Positions 35,155-46,772 of a stretch of DNA of 60,087 nucleotides are shown here, piece by piece (position 1 is the first letter of the stretch; the number at the start of each line of letters is the position of its first letter). The notes beneath the pieces were generated by a model. The model did not search any database, was not told the DNA's origin, and saw only the letters and a program-made list of their open reading frames with translations. A program made the position numbers and the translations under genes. The DNA is from Nemertoderma westbladi (lineage: Eukaryota; Animalia; Xenacoelomorpha): positions 1 to 60,087 of the forward strand of contig JAUCBJ010002207.1 of assembly GCA_032718475.1 (NCBI GenBank). Reading direction: 5' to 3'.

Positions 35155-36589
35155 TGTATATGTGGGAGTTTATCAATAATAATAAAGGCTAGCGGCCTAT
35201 ATCAGCCCCCCAACCGGCCCCCGGACAGCCTGAGATCCTCAGCGCTGATGTACTGTTGTCGCTGTGCCTCTTGCCAGCGTAGTAGCTACACAACAACAAC
35301 AATACCAAGCGTGAGTCACTCCACTGTCCGTCCCAAGGGGCACAATATACTAGAGATAATTATCGCAGGTAAGGGATGATTTTCACAATTGCGGCTCGCT
35401 ACTGTAAACACACTTTAGTTTTTCACCTATAAATACACAAATTCCACATTCATGCTACAATTCCCATAATTTTGGTTCATTTGTCCATTAGTCAAATGCC
35501 TTCCAGAATGTCACGTTGTTATTGTGTATCCTTAGATACTATACACTATGCATTCTATTCAACGAGGCATGCTTTCTATTGTTCTCTGACTGTATTTAAT
35601 TGTAGCGTTGTTGTTGCTAAGGTGACATTATGCAAAGCTAGCACTTGAGATTAGGGTATTTCTCATACACGCAGATCTGGGATGCTATTTAATAGCGACT
35701 CTAGGGTTATTATTATTCCCTTTATATATATGATGTTTATTAATTTTGTCAGCTATTTAAATGAACACTAGGAGATTCTCTCACACTTGTTGTAATAGGG
35801 TGAATCTCCGCTCCTGTGATCTATTAATTGATTAATTTTAGGGAATATTTTAATAATTGTCTTAAATTGACAATTTTATTTAATTCATGAGAGGATATGA
35901 ATTTAAAATTTATTCCCATGAATTTTATTATTTTAAATTAGGATGGGCACTGATTTATTCCAGAACATATCTGGGGACGTTGGGTGCCACAATATATTAA
36001 TCAACTAGAATTTAAGATGGTCAAAGGGTTTAACAGATTTACTTTGACATGATTAACTGTTAAATTGACATATCTTACTATATGTATTATTTTAGGACTA
36101 TGATATGAGAGCAATATTGCAATAAGCAATATCAGTGAGAAGAGGCAATTCATTTTCAATGTCTACCCAAAGCTTGGTTTAGCCGAGAAACGAGGATCTG
36201 AACTTTGCATTCCTAATACTTTAATTTACCAATAATTCCTAAAGTACAGTAGAACCAAGGGGTGCTAGGGGGAGGGGGGGGGGGGGGGGGGTAGAACCAA
36301 GGTAAATTATACTGTAATAAGTAATTCATCTCACTGTAATCACTTATATATAAGAATTTACGGACAGTAAGGAAGGGAGAAAAATAAAACTATTTCCCGT
36401 CATTAACTAAATATATGTATTGTAACACTAATTATTATAAAATACATAAAGTATTGCACTAATTTATTGAATAATTATTTATAGAATTATTCTACTAAAT
36501 AAAATTAAATAAAACGATTATAATAAATTGCATAATAAATCGTACATAAATATAAAAATAAAGACAAATAAAATAAATATAAGTTGTCA

Positions 36590-37915
36590 CACACCCACTC
36601 CCATGAATAATGAGTTATTGAGTTCATAGATGTTTATTGGATCTGGGAGGTAGTCATTGGTAGAGTTTCCTGTTTACCATAGTTACTGGACAACTCTTGG
36701 TCTCGCTCTAACAAACACAAGACGACGAATTGGGTGATTGTGTTGTTGAGTCTCGAAGACTATTCCCTTCTTCTTATAATTACGCCTCATCACTACGAGT
36801 TCCACGAGTCTGCCACCTCTTGCAGGGAAGATCCAAATCGACTATTAGGACCATGTCTCCGGAGCTGATATTGTCTTGCTGCACAAACCATTTAGTTCTG
36901 AGTTGCAGCATCGGAAGATAGTATTTCTTGAAGTGATCAGCGAAACGGCGGGATAAAAACTGCATAAGTTGCTAAGCTTGTTTGCAGTATTCGTCCCTGT
37001 CATGAATATCCGAAGTGGGAAGCATGGCCACTGGCTTCTTGAGTAGAAAATGTGCGGGTTTTAACGGTTCTAGGGAATCTGGACTTGAGGAGACTGGCAC
37101 AATCGGCCTCTTGTTCAGGTAGGTGGCGATTTCTTCCATCAGCATTCGCAGCAGTTCGTCAGTGAGATACGTGTGGCATGGCACTACAGAGTGAAACGCG
37201 GTCTTGACACTGCATATATATGTCTCTCCCAACTTCCTCCCCACCAAGGAGCATCGGCAGCATTGAAGGTCCAGCTGGATGCTGTCATTTTCAGCTGATC
37301 ATCTACCTGTCTATGTTCCAGTCGTTGACGTAAGCTTTAATCTCATTGTTGGCTCCGATGAAGTTTGTACCCTTATCTGATCGCATAGTGTTGCTAGTCC
37401 CAAAATGAGCGATTTGTCGGTGCAAACTGAGTATGAAACTATTGGTAGATAAATCGCTCACCATGTCCAGGTGAATCGCTCTACAAGTCATACAAACAAA
37501 TATAACGCACCATCGCTTGCCTATAGTTATAACGCGATACCCGATACACTTCAATAGGGCCAAATTACTCCACACTGGTATTAGTTTGATGAAAAGCATC
37601 GGTGCAGTTGTTTGATTCTTTTAAAAGTTAATGGTCGATTGTTGACGAAAGATGGGTTCTCGCTTCCGTAAAGGTAAACCGATCCGTAACGACCCTCCTC
37701 CTTGATCTAACGAGTAGTCGTCGCTTGGATTTGTTTAGCTCTTTCCTCCTCTACAGATAGCGCTCTATCGTAAAAGTTAGGTTCCATAGCCTCTTGGGTA
37801 AAGAATCGCACTGCGTGTTCATCTCTCAGCTTAGAATTTTGAGGTCGAGCGAGATAGTAAATGTATCCTTGAATATCGAGTACAGGAGCTTGAGCTTTAT
37901 TCTTCATTTTCTTAC
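36590..37915 (-). mobile_element. Decayed BEL/Pao LTR retrotransposon (integrase and C-terminal region plus fragments)
   Basis: KRWCVIFVCMTCRAIHLDMVSDLSTNSFI, RSDKGTNFIGA, LNKRPI..LEPLKPAHFLL, YLPMLQLRTKW; purine tract before TG near 36590. Confidence 0.88.
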
Positions 37916-37919
37916 AAAC

Positions 37920-38515
37920 ATCAGAACCCTAACACATGGTCCAAGCCAAAGCTTAAACATACAACAACAAAGGGGATAGGAGAGCATGCTTGCATTACCC
38001 AAAAACATCTCCAAACCCAGAACAGATTTCTAGCGTTAGACACTGGAATTGATAAACCTGCCCTGTAAGTTGATAAGGAGAATACCCTATCTCCAAACAA
38101 TGCTCATCACAAAACATTGCTATCTGCAGCGCAGAATGATATTAACTTAACCAAACAATTGCTTGAAATTGCAGGCTATAACACTCCAACAACAATCCCC
38201 AGACAGAGACATCAGAAGTACAAAAAGTTTAATGGAACAAGCGACATGCAAAACATTCACTGCAATGAGGCACCATCTATGGTGGTCACCTCCTCTTGGG
38301 GCACTTGTCATTCAATCCCACCTTACCTCAATCAATCAAATCATATCGGACATGGTCCAAGCCAACCTGACACTTCTCATTGGTACTATCCATCCAACAA
38401 TATGCTGACCAAGAACTCAGTTGCTATTACCAAACCAATGAGTAACCCTGTTAAACCTGTAGGGTGCAAGCCAGTGCCAAATCTAAAAATCCAGATGTCC
38501 CTGTACCAATCCTCA
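37920..38515 (+). pseudogene. Probable LINE ORF1 fragment (left part, split by the CR1/L2 insertion)
   Basis: Coding-like ORF 38117-38518 abuts the LINE tail and is co-oriented with the ORF1-like piece at 42255-42579. Confidence 0.3.
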
Positions 38516-41500
38516 TAGATAGATAGATTTATTTATACATTATGTAAAAACAATAACAAATACACCAAACAATGTACCGGTATAAAGGTATTGTCCAACA
38601 TAACATATAGGATTATCCCTAAAGCTTTGCAGCTTATTTCCAAGGGGGTCCTTTATGTTACTTGGTTACAAATACAATATTACACTACGCTAACCTAAAA
38701 CCAATATAAAACGTAATTACACTATGTACATGTACAACTTTACCGAGAGCGTGACAATGCCCGACTCAACGATAAAGATGTAATGTACAGAACAATTTAT
38801 TATAAAACGTAATTACAGTATAATAGTAAATAATTAATCAACTAATAACTTACTGTAGGACTATTGTACCTATTTTTTCATTGCACACGAAGGTGAGATT
38901 TAACTGCAGATTTAAAAGTATGTTGATTATTTAGGTTTTTAATTTCATTCGGCAGATCGTTCCAATTTTTAATGCTGTTAAAAAAGAAAGTATCAGATTC
39001 GAAGGATTTACAATTCGGGAGGTAAAAGTTTGAAGCACTTGCTCTGGTACTGTAAGAGTGTGTAGCGCGTACTCTGTTGAATTTTTGTTTTAGGTAATTG
39101 GGACATTTACCATTATACACTTTATGCACATGGTTAAGGCATAGCTGCTTAACTCTACTATCTAAGTTAAGTAGTCCAGATTTAGAAAAGTCATCTGGAG
39201 TTAGGTGGTGCCTAGGTTTGTAGTCTTTAATAAATCGTACTACTTTATTCTGAGCTACTTGTAATTTACATTTAAGCTGTTTGGTTTAGCCTTCATACCA
39301 AGAAGAGCACGCATAGTCCATGTGACACTGTATTAAAGAAGATCAAAATAACTTGCGGGAGTCGGTGTTTAAACTATTTTTATTTCTGTATAGAAACCTA
39401 AGCCTACTGTTAACTTTCGAGAAAATATTTTTCACTGTGCTTTCTCCTGATAAGCAGTTATCCAATGTGGCGCCTAAATATTTAACTTCCTTTTTATTTT
39501 CAATCTTATGTCCATTACTAGTGACTTCAAACTTAGTTACCTTCTTTAACATTCTTTTGGAACCAAACAAAATACTTTCAGTCTTACCGTAGTGAATGAA
39601 TAGCTTATTATCAACCAACCCCTCATTACAGGATTCTAGAACTGCACTTAACTTTTGGGAAATATGGACAGGATCTGTATGAGAGAAAATAAGAGCACTG
39701 TCGTCGGCATATAAAATGAGTTTAAAATCGGGATCTATACTACTTACTTATCATATCATTTACATAGCATACAAAAATCAGAGGACCTAATATACTACCT
39801 TGCGGTACACCACAGGTAGTCTCCTGTACAGTAGACTGCGATTTGCTAATGACTACAGTTTGACCTCTGTCTGACAGGTAGGACTTGAACCAGTCTATAG
39901 AACCTACACCCATCAGGCCTAACTTACCAAGCAGAATTTCGTGATCTACAGTATCGAAAGCCTTTTGTAGGTCCAACATTACCATACCAGTATATAAACC
40001 CTTTGCGTTATTACATCTAATTGTATCAGTTAAGTTAATAAGACAGGTGTCTGTCGAATATGATTTACGAAAGCCGGACTGAAGTTCATAGATCAGATTT
40101 AGCCTACTAAGATGTGCTTCCAGCTGTAGAAAAACAGAACGTTCTAGAATTTTAGATACAATACTTAAGATACTAAGGTCTGTACTAGGTCTATAATTAC
40201 AGGGTTCTACTTTACTATTCTTTTTATACAGAGGAACAACCTTAGCTAATTTCAGTTCGTCTGGTACTACATTATCTACGATAGAGTAATTAATAATAAA
40301 AGTAATAGGCACTTTAAGTACTTCAGCACCATCCTTAAGAAAACGGGCAGGTATTAGGTCTAGACCGGTACTTTTTGAGGCTGATAGGCTAAGTAGATTT
40401 TGAAAAACGAAATCCTCAGAAACGGGTTTTAAAAATAACTTTTCTGAATTATTTGTAACTTTTCTAAATAAAAATTATTTAGAGTTTCGGACCCTATACT
40501 ATATTTATTACTTGATAACGGTAACTTCTTAACTAAATTAGAGGCAACATTAGTAAAATAATTATTAAATAAATTACTAACTAGAGTATGATCATGAATC
40601 AGCTCACCGTTATCTTGCAGAACAATATTCGATTTAGATTTAAGGTTTTTATAACCTAAAGATTTTAGGGTAGACCATAGACTTTTAGGATTATCTTTAT
40701 TCTCACTTATTTTGTTGTACAAATATTCAGATTTAGCTTTTTTTATTTCCCGTTGGACAAGGTGTCTATATTTGCAGTAATTATTATAATCAGCTAAAAC
40801 ACGGTATTTCCTAAATTTATACAAATAGTTATCTCTTTCTCTGATATTACTAAGAATACCCGAGGTCATCCAGGGCTCAGTGCGTTGTTTAAGACTAATT
40901 TCTTTAATTGGTGCTACAGTATTAAGTGCCTTTAAAAATATATCTTTAAAAACAGTGTACGCAAGGTTAATGTCAGTGGCCTTAAAACAGGGTTCCCAGT
41001 CTGAATTAACTAACAAACTAAAAAAGCAAGAAAAAAGATTTTTGTGTCTTTCTTGTGCAAAAAACTATAAAATGATCGCTTAGACCTATAGGTAAAACCC
41101 CAGATTGAGAAATAATATCGGCATTATTACAAAGGATGTGATCTAGTAAAGTAGAAGTTTTACTGGTAATTCTGGTAGAATATCGAATAATTTGTTTTAA
41201 ACAAACAAATTTAAAATACTTTCGTACTGTTTACAGATGGGGGATGCTTTGCGATGGTAACAGATATTAAAATCACCTAAGAAATATATTTCACAGTCTG
41301 ACCTAAGTTTACATAAAATTGTATTTTCAAAATTTTGCAAAAAATCTGATTGTTTAGGGGGCCGATATAAAGTACCGATTAAAATAGATTTAGTTTTAGG
41401 AAGTAAAAGTTCCACCAGTAAAACTTTGTCACAAGACTCTAAATCTTCCCTACGATTAAAAGCTAAATCACATCGAATGTAAGTACAGACACCACTACCG

Positions 41501-42255
41501 TGTCTATCCCTATCCTTACGTAAAACTACGTAATTATCAATATAAATTTCTCCATCAGAAACGCTATCATCGAGCCAAGTTTCAGAGATTGTTAAAACTG
41601 CTGGGTTGGATTTATTGATTAAAATACGAATTTCGGAAAGTTTGGGAAGCAGAGATCGTGCGTTTTAATGCAAAAAATGCTGACCTTTTTTCTTAAAAAA
41701 TTTAAAAGTTTCACTCTCAGCATCACCTGGAGTTTGCAGATGCGATGTGAGGAATGAATCGTCGGTTTCTTATTCTAAAATTGTATCATGAAAGGGAAGT
41801 TCGGTAAAAATACAGCTATTGCAGAGAAAACTTGGCTCAAGATTGTTTCTGGTGGAGAATAAATTACTGCTTTTCCTACGGTAACATTTTAAATGTACAA
41901 ATGTGTCACCACTCTCGCATTGGACGATCTTACTCCGAGAGTTTGTTCCTCATTGACAGAGGGGACAGTTGATCTTCGGGGCCCGCGACCTGCTGGGTCC
42001 TGGGTTGGTCTCAATATCCCCAGCCAGAGACAGAAGACAGAGTTTGGCGATTAGGCCTCTAGTTCGTGGAGAGGAGACCCAAGATCTTCTTCCCCGATGA
42101 GAGCAGTAGAGGCTAAATCCACTCGTCGACCACATCTCTGTCGATTCGGCGCGGCAGTTCGAAACGGTAGCGACAGGGTGTTCGGCAAACCAGTCCAATA
42201 CGGGTATTGGGTGGGTTGCAGGGTTACCCCGCGGATCGGATGGATCTGCCACAAT
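38516..42255 (-). mobile_element. CR1/L2-group (Crack/Daphne-like) LINE: 2A-like peptide, PHD finger, APE endonuclease and RT, with several stops and frameshifts
   Basis: GDIETNPGP then C-x2-C...H-x2-C...C-x2-C; NARSLLPK, ISETWL, LYRPPK, GDFN; [34 protein letters not shown]; (CTAT)n tail at 38516-38528. Confidence 0.92.
41995..42018 (-). other. 2A-like ribosomal skip motif DIETNPGP
   Basis: LCLLSLAGDIETNPGP matches the D(V/I)ExNPGP consensus and lies upstream of the PHD and APE domains. Confidence 0.85.
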
Positions 42256-42579
42256 GAAACGGCCCAGAACGATGACAACTGTGATGATGATGCATGCCCA
42301 GATGCATCAACAAAATACATGATGACATCTCCAGAACAAGTAAACCTGACAAGCCACCAGTTGGCCTCATTTAGTGCAGAATCCTTCAATCGCATATCCA
42401 TTTTCGTTAATGGAATAAACATGCGTAGCAGTGAAGAGGACATATCTGATTACTTATTTGCTAAAGGAATAACTCCTTACAGGATTACAACAAGAAATAA
42501 CAGAACTTCAAGTTCTCGAAATGCACGAATCACAATAAACCTGGCTGACATGGAGCGAGTGATTAGTAAGGGATTCTGA
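42255..42579 (+). pseudogene. LINE ORF1-like RRM fragment
   Basis: RISIFVNGINMRSSEEDISDYLFAKGIT...NARITINLAD resembles LINE ORF1 RRM-like folds. Confidence 0.5.
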
Positions 42580-42965
42580 TGTCGCAAATAAATGCCAGCT
42601 TTCCGTATCGGAAGCGTATAAGGACTTTTATTCCTGTGTTATAGATGTTTGGACCTTCGAGCAGGAAGTCGTTGAGGGATTTCCCTTTCGTTTTTGAGGT
42701 CAACAACGTCGACAACCATCCGCAGTTTATTTCCGTTTCTTTTATCGACTGCTGCATGTAGTGGCAGGTAGTATGTATGGTCTGTGCCCGGTTCTTCGTC
42801 TGGTAATTTGACGGCCCATCCTCTGTCGACATACTTCTGTATAGTCTTTTGAAGATAGGCTGCTTTATCTGGGTTTTTCTTGAGGGATTGTTTTAACCTC
42901 TTTAGTCGATTTACTACCATCTGCAGATTTTTTGGTAGGGGATTCTTTGGTTCTTTCCAGAGCAG
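42580..42965 (-). pseudogene. BEL/Pao RT N-terminal fragment
   Basis: YYLPLHAAVDKRNGNKLRMVVD and SLNDFLLEGPN...LIRFRYGKLAFICDI. Confidence 0.85.
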
Positions 42966-43759
42966 AGTATTAACTGACTAGACAATGAGAACTACCATCA
43001 GGCATCAGGTACTACCATAAATTAATCACTTTTGTTAACACCCATGTATATAAACTGGAACTATCCGTAAACTGAGTAGGCCTATTTAATTATAAAGAGG
43101 CATTGATGCATACAAGATATGTGTAATAATTAAAGAAAAATCAATCGAATGTGAACATACAAAACCCAAAATTAGGCAACAATTTGGCAACCAATCAACA
43201 GAATTGATTCTTTCTTCCCTGTGTAAACTTATTCTATTAATCTATTTTATAATATTAATTTATTTTACTTAATCTATTAATTATTCTATTTAATTTATCA
43301 TATATAATATTATTTCTACTAACTAAGAAGTAGTATACTTAATATCAGTTACGTATTGCAAAACTGAGATAATTTGGATTATGATTTCATCAGTTGATGA
43401 AGAGGGATCCGGGGTTTCTTTTATAAATTATATTTTAAAGCTATTATCATTTACCAATAAAACTTTTTTTAATATGAATTTTTAAATAGCACTCTGAGTG
43501 TAATTTTAACCAACATATTCATCCAATCAATATAGAAATTAAAAATATTTGATGGTTTGATGGAATAGTTCATGATTTGAACTTATATCAACAATATTTT
43601 AATACTCTTTAGCGCCATACAGTGCTTTATATTTTAATATTATATTATAGAACTTTTAATTAAGTGCAGCTTTATGTATAAAACCAAACAATATATAAAT
43701 AAACCGCCGATGGGGTTTGGATCTAGAATAAAAATGAAAAAGTCTGGTTTTGCATTGAG

Positions 43760-44520
43760 GGTAAACTCGATGACCACTACTGAATGGTTTTGGATGCTCT
43801 TTGGACCATTACCCTCGAAGAAGATTGTTGTGGACTTTGAGGAATCCCCTCCAAGTCAGAGACCCGCCTCTCCATCATACAAGAGCTTGATGAGGTCTGC
43901 GAGGGGATAAAAGTGTGCCTACAGGAGGCCTGGTGATCCTAAGGGCAGCCATAGTAGACAATACCATTGTCTTCTACTTCGAAAGTAACCCAACTCAGCT
44001 TTCGTTCACTCTTATCCTGCTGGCGTGCCCCTTATCAATCAAATTTCTCATATACTTCCTCACTTCCTCCATACGATTTCTACTTTCGTCTACCTGTTGC
44101 AACTATATGAGCACGATTCCATCCAGCCATCCTAAGCAATCCTCCTACCTGCCCATGCATTGTGGGGTGTTGGACTAATCTCTACATTGCAGATCGCACC
44201 TTCTGCCTGTCTGTAACAACCCTTCCTCTTCCCACAACTTTACATGGGATGCGATGGTGGCCAATCCCAACCCCAAGTGCCCACTAACCTTGCCAAGAAA
44301 ATATCTGCTAGAAAGGTTGCACTGCAGCAGACATGGAAACGCCACTGGAAGTACCAGTAACTCACGAACCAGAGCTACCTCTTCCACACTGTTGCCTACA
44401 AGACCATGGGCTGCCCCAGTCCTGAAACATCTTAATTCCTGAAGGAGGTATGTTATGGTATGTTCTAGGATGTAGTCCATTTGGTCCATAGAACATTCCC
44501 AATCGCCCACTGATATAGGA
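43760..44520 (+). pseudogene. Highly decayed RLE-type (CRE-like) retrotransposon fragment
   Basis: Pieces TWDAMVANP and KYQ*LTNQSYLFHTVAYKTMGCPSPETS*FLKEV resemble the RLE C-terminus. Confidence 0.4.
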
Positions 44521-44657
44521 TAACTTACACCTCCCATATTTAAATATTATAATTATAAATTTAGTATTACTATGTTTTTTTATTATTACATAAATTTATT
44601 ATTATTATTTAATTAGAAATGGTAATATATAGCACGCAGGGTGCGAACTTAACTAAC

Positions 44658-46208
44658 TAGTTGGATCTGTTGTTGTTTCAACTATAATTGGAGCTGTTGT
44701 TGTTGATGTAGGCGGAGCAGCAGTAGTTGGTACTGTAGTCGGAGCTACGGTATTTGGTACTGTAGCAGGAGCTGCGGTAGTTGGTACTGTAGTCAGAGCT
44801 GCGGTAGTTGGTACTGTAGTCGGAGCAGCAGTAGTTGGTACTGTAGTCGGAGCTGCTGTATTTGGTTCTGTAGTTGGAGCTGCGGTAGTTGGTACTGTAG
44901 TCAGAGCTGCGGTAGTTGGTACTGTAGTCGGAGCTGCGGTATTTGGTTCTGTAGTTGGAGCTGCGGTAGTTGGTACTGTAGTCGGAGCAGCAGTAGTTGG
45001 TACTGTAGTCGGAGCTGCGGTAGTTGGTACTGTAGTCGGAGCTATGGTAGTTGGTACTGTAGTCGGAGCTGCGGTATTTGGTTCTGTAGTCGGAGCTGTG
45101 GTAGTTGGTACTGTAGTTGGAGCTGCGGTAGTTGGTACTGTAGTCGGAGCTGCGGTATTTGGTACTGTAGTTGGAGCTGTGTTAGTTGGTACTGTAGTCG
45201 GAGCTGCGGTATTTGATACTGTAGTTGGAGCTGTGGTAGTTGGTACAGTAGTCAGAGCTGCGGTAGTTGGTAATGTAGTCGGAGCAGCAGTAGTTGGTAC
45301 TGTAGTCGGAGCTGCGGTATTTGGTTCTGTAGTTGGAGCTGCGGTAGTTGGTACTGTAGTCGGAGCTATGGTAGTTGGTACTGTAGTCGGAGCTGCGGTA
45401 TTTGGTTCTGTAGTCGGAGCTGTGGTAGTTGGTACTGTAGTCAGAGCTGCGGTAGTTGGCATTGTAGTCGGAGCTGCGGTAGTTGGTACTGTAGTCGGAG
45501 CTGCGGTAGTTGGTATTGTAGTCGGAGCTGCGGTAGTTGATACTGTAGTTGGAGCTGCAGTATTTGGTACTGTAGTCGGAGCTGCAGTAGTTGGTACTGT
45601 AGTTGGAGCTGCGGTATTTGGTACTGTAGTCGGAGCAGCAGTACTTGGTACTGTAGGCGGAGCTGCGGTATTTGGTTCTGTAGTTGGAGCTGCGGTAGTT
45701 GGTACTGTAGTCGGAGCTATGGTAGTTGGTACTGTAGTCAGAGCTGCGGTATTTGGTTCTGTAGTTGGAGCTGCGGTATTTGGTACTGTAGTCGGAGCTG
45801 CAGTAGTTGGTGCTGTAGTCGGAGCTGCGGTATTTGATACTGTAGTCGGAGCTGCGGTAGTTGGTACAGTAGTCAGAGCTGCGGTAGTTGGTACTGTAGT
45901 CGGAGCAGCAGTAGTTGGTACTGTAGTCGGAGCTGCGGTATTTGGTTCTGTAGTTGGAGCTGCGGTAGTTGGTACTGTAGTCGGAGCTATGGTAGTTGGT
46001 ACTGTAGTCGGAGCTGCGGTATTTGGTTCTGTAGTCGGAGCTGTGGTAGTTGGTACTGTAGTCGGAGCTGCGGTAGTTGGTACTGTAGTTGGAGCTGCGG
46101 TAGTTGGTACTGTAGTCGGAGCTGCGGTAGTTGGTACTGTAGTCGGAGCTGCGGTAGTTGGTACTGTAGTCGGAGCTGCGGTCGTTGGTACTGTAGTTGG
46201 AGCTGATA
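44658..46208 (-). CDS. Mucin PTS exon (27-bp repeat TTAAPTTVP, ~55 copies), phase 1-1
   Basis: tgttttag acceptor (AG at 46210-46209) and gttagt donor at 44657; 1551 nt open; Thr/Pro/Ala-rich; phase-compatible with the terminal exon at 27841. Confidence 0.88.
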
Positions 46209-46268
46209 CTAAAACATATAAAATGTAAATAAAAGATATTAGAACAGAAATGTAATATTATTCAAATT

Positions 46269-46772
46269 TGTAGTAATCAAGCCACTACTATACATTGCCA
46301 GCCAGAGGGAGATATGCCAGCTCATCTCAGGGCAGAAGCTAGCATAAAGGCCAATGGGGAAAGATGGGTTTGGCCCAGGAAAGATAGATCAACCAATGGT
46401 GGGGCGAATTACCATCAATTAATGCGCATTCATTGGCTAGGCCAAAGTAGCTAGAAATATATCCTGTGTAATTATAAAATAACCGTTACCTATATTGACT
46501 GTGCCTCAGTTGGCTAGTATTGAGTGTAGAAGTCACACAGTTTTTACCCGTCATCGTTGACCATGCTATTATTGTATCTGATTGTGCTATATTGATTATT
46601 TGACATTACGAACAACTGTAACCATAAAACTCAGTTATTTATTCGGCCTTCGGCCTTCTCAGAACTATATAAGCCTTTCAGCAGCCAAGTGGATGGGCTG
46701 ACACGTATACCCATAAGACCCAAACACACACACACACCGGTCGGGATCCTCGCCAACTCAGATCCCTTCACA
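46269..46772 (+). repeat. Probable 5' LTR of an older BEL/Pao element
   Basis: Starts TGTAGTAA and ends cccttcaCA, similar to the ccccttCA end of the young LTR; followed by decayed gag-like sequence; the partner LTR is outside the window. Confidence 0.5.

Noticed and set aside
37918-42582. Short inverted similarity acatcagaa..ccct.ac at both edges of the insertion in the decayed BEL/Pao, as possible TIRs
   Set aside because: Only about 14 of 17 bases match, there is no TSD, and one copy overlaps BEL coding sequence; probably chance.
43200-43740. Possible L1/Tx1 RT C-terminal remnant
   Set aside because: Too AT-rich and decayed to support by eye.
45044-46228. 394-aa Val/Gly/Ala-rich + strand ORF
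   Set aside because: Antisense shadow of the Thr/Pro-rich mucin exon, which has proper splice sites on the - strand.
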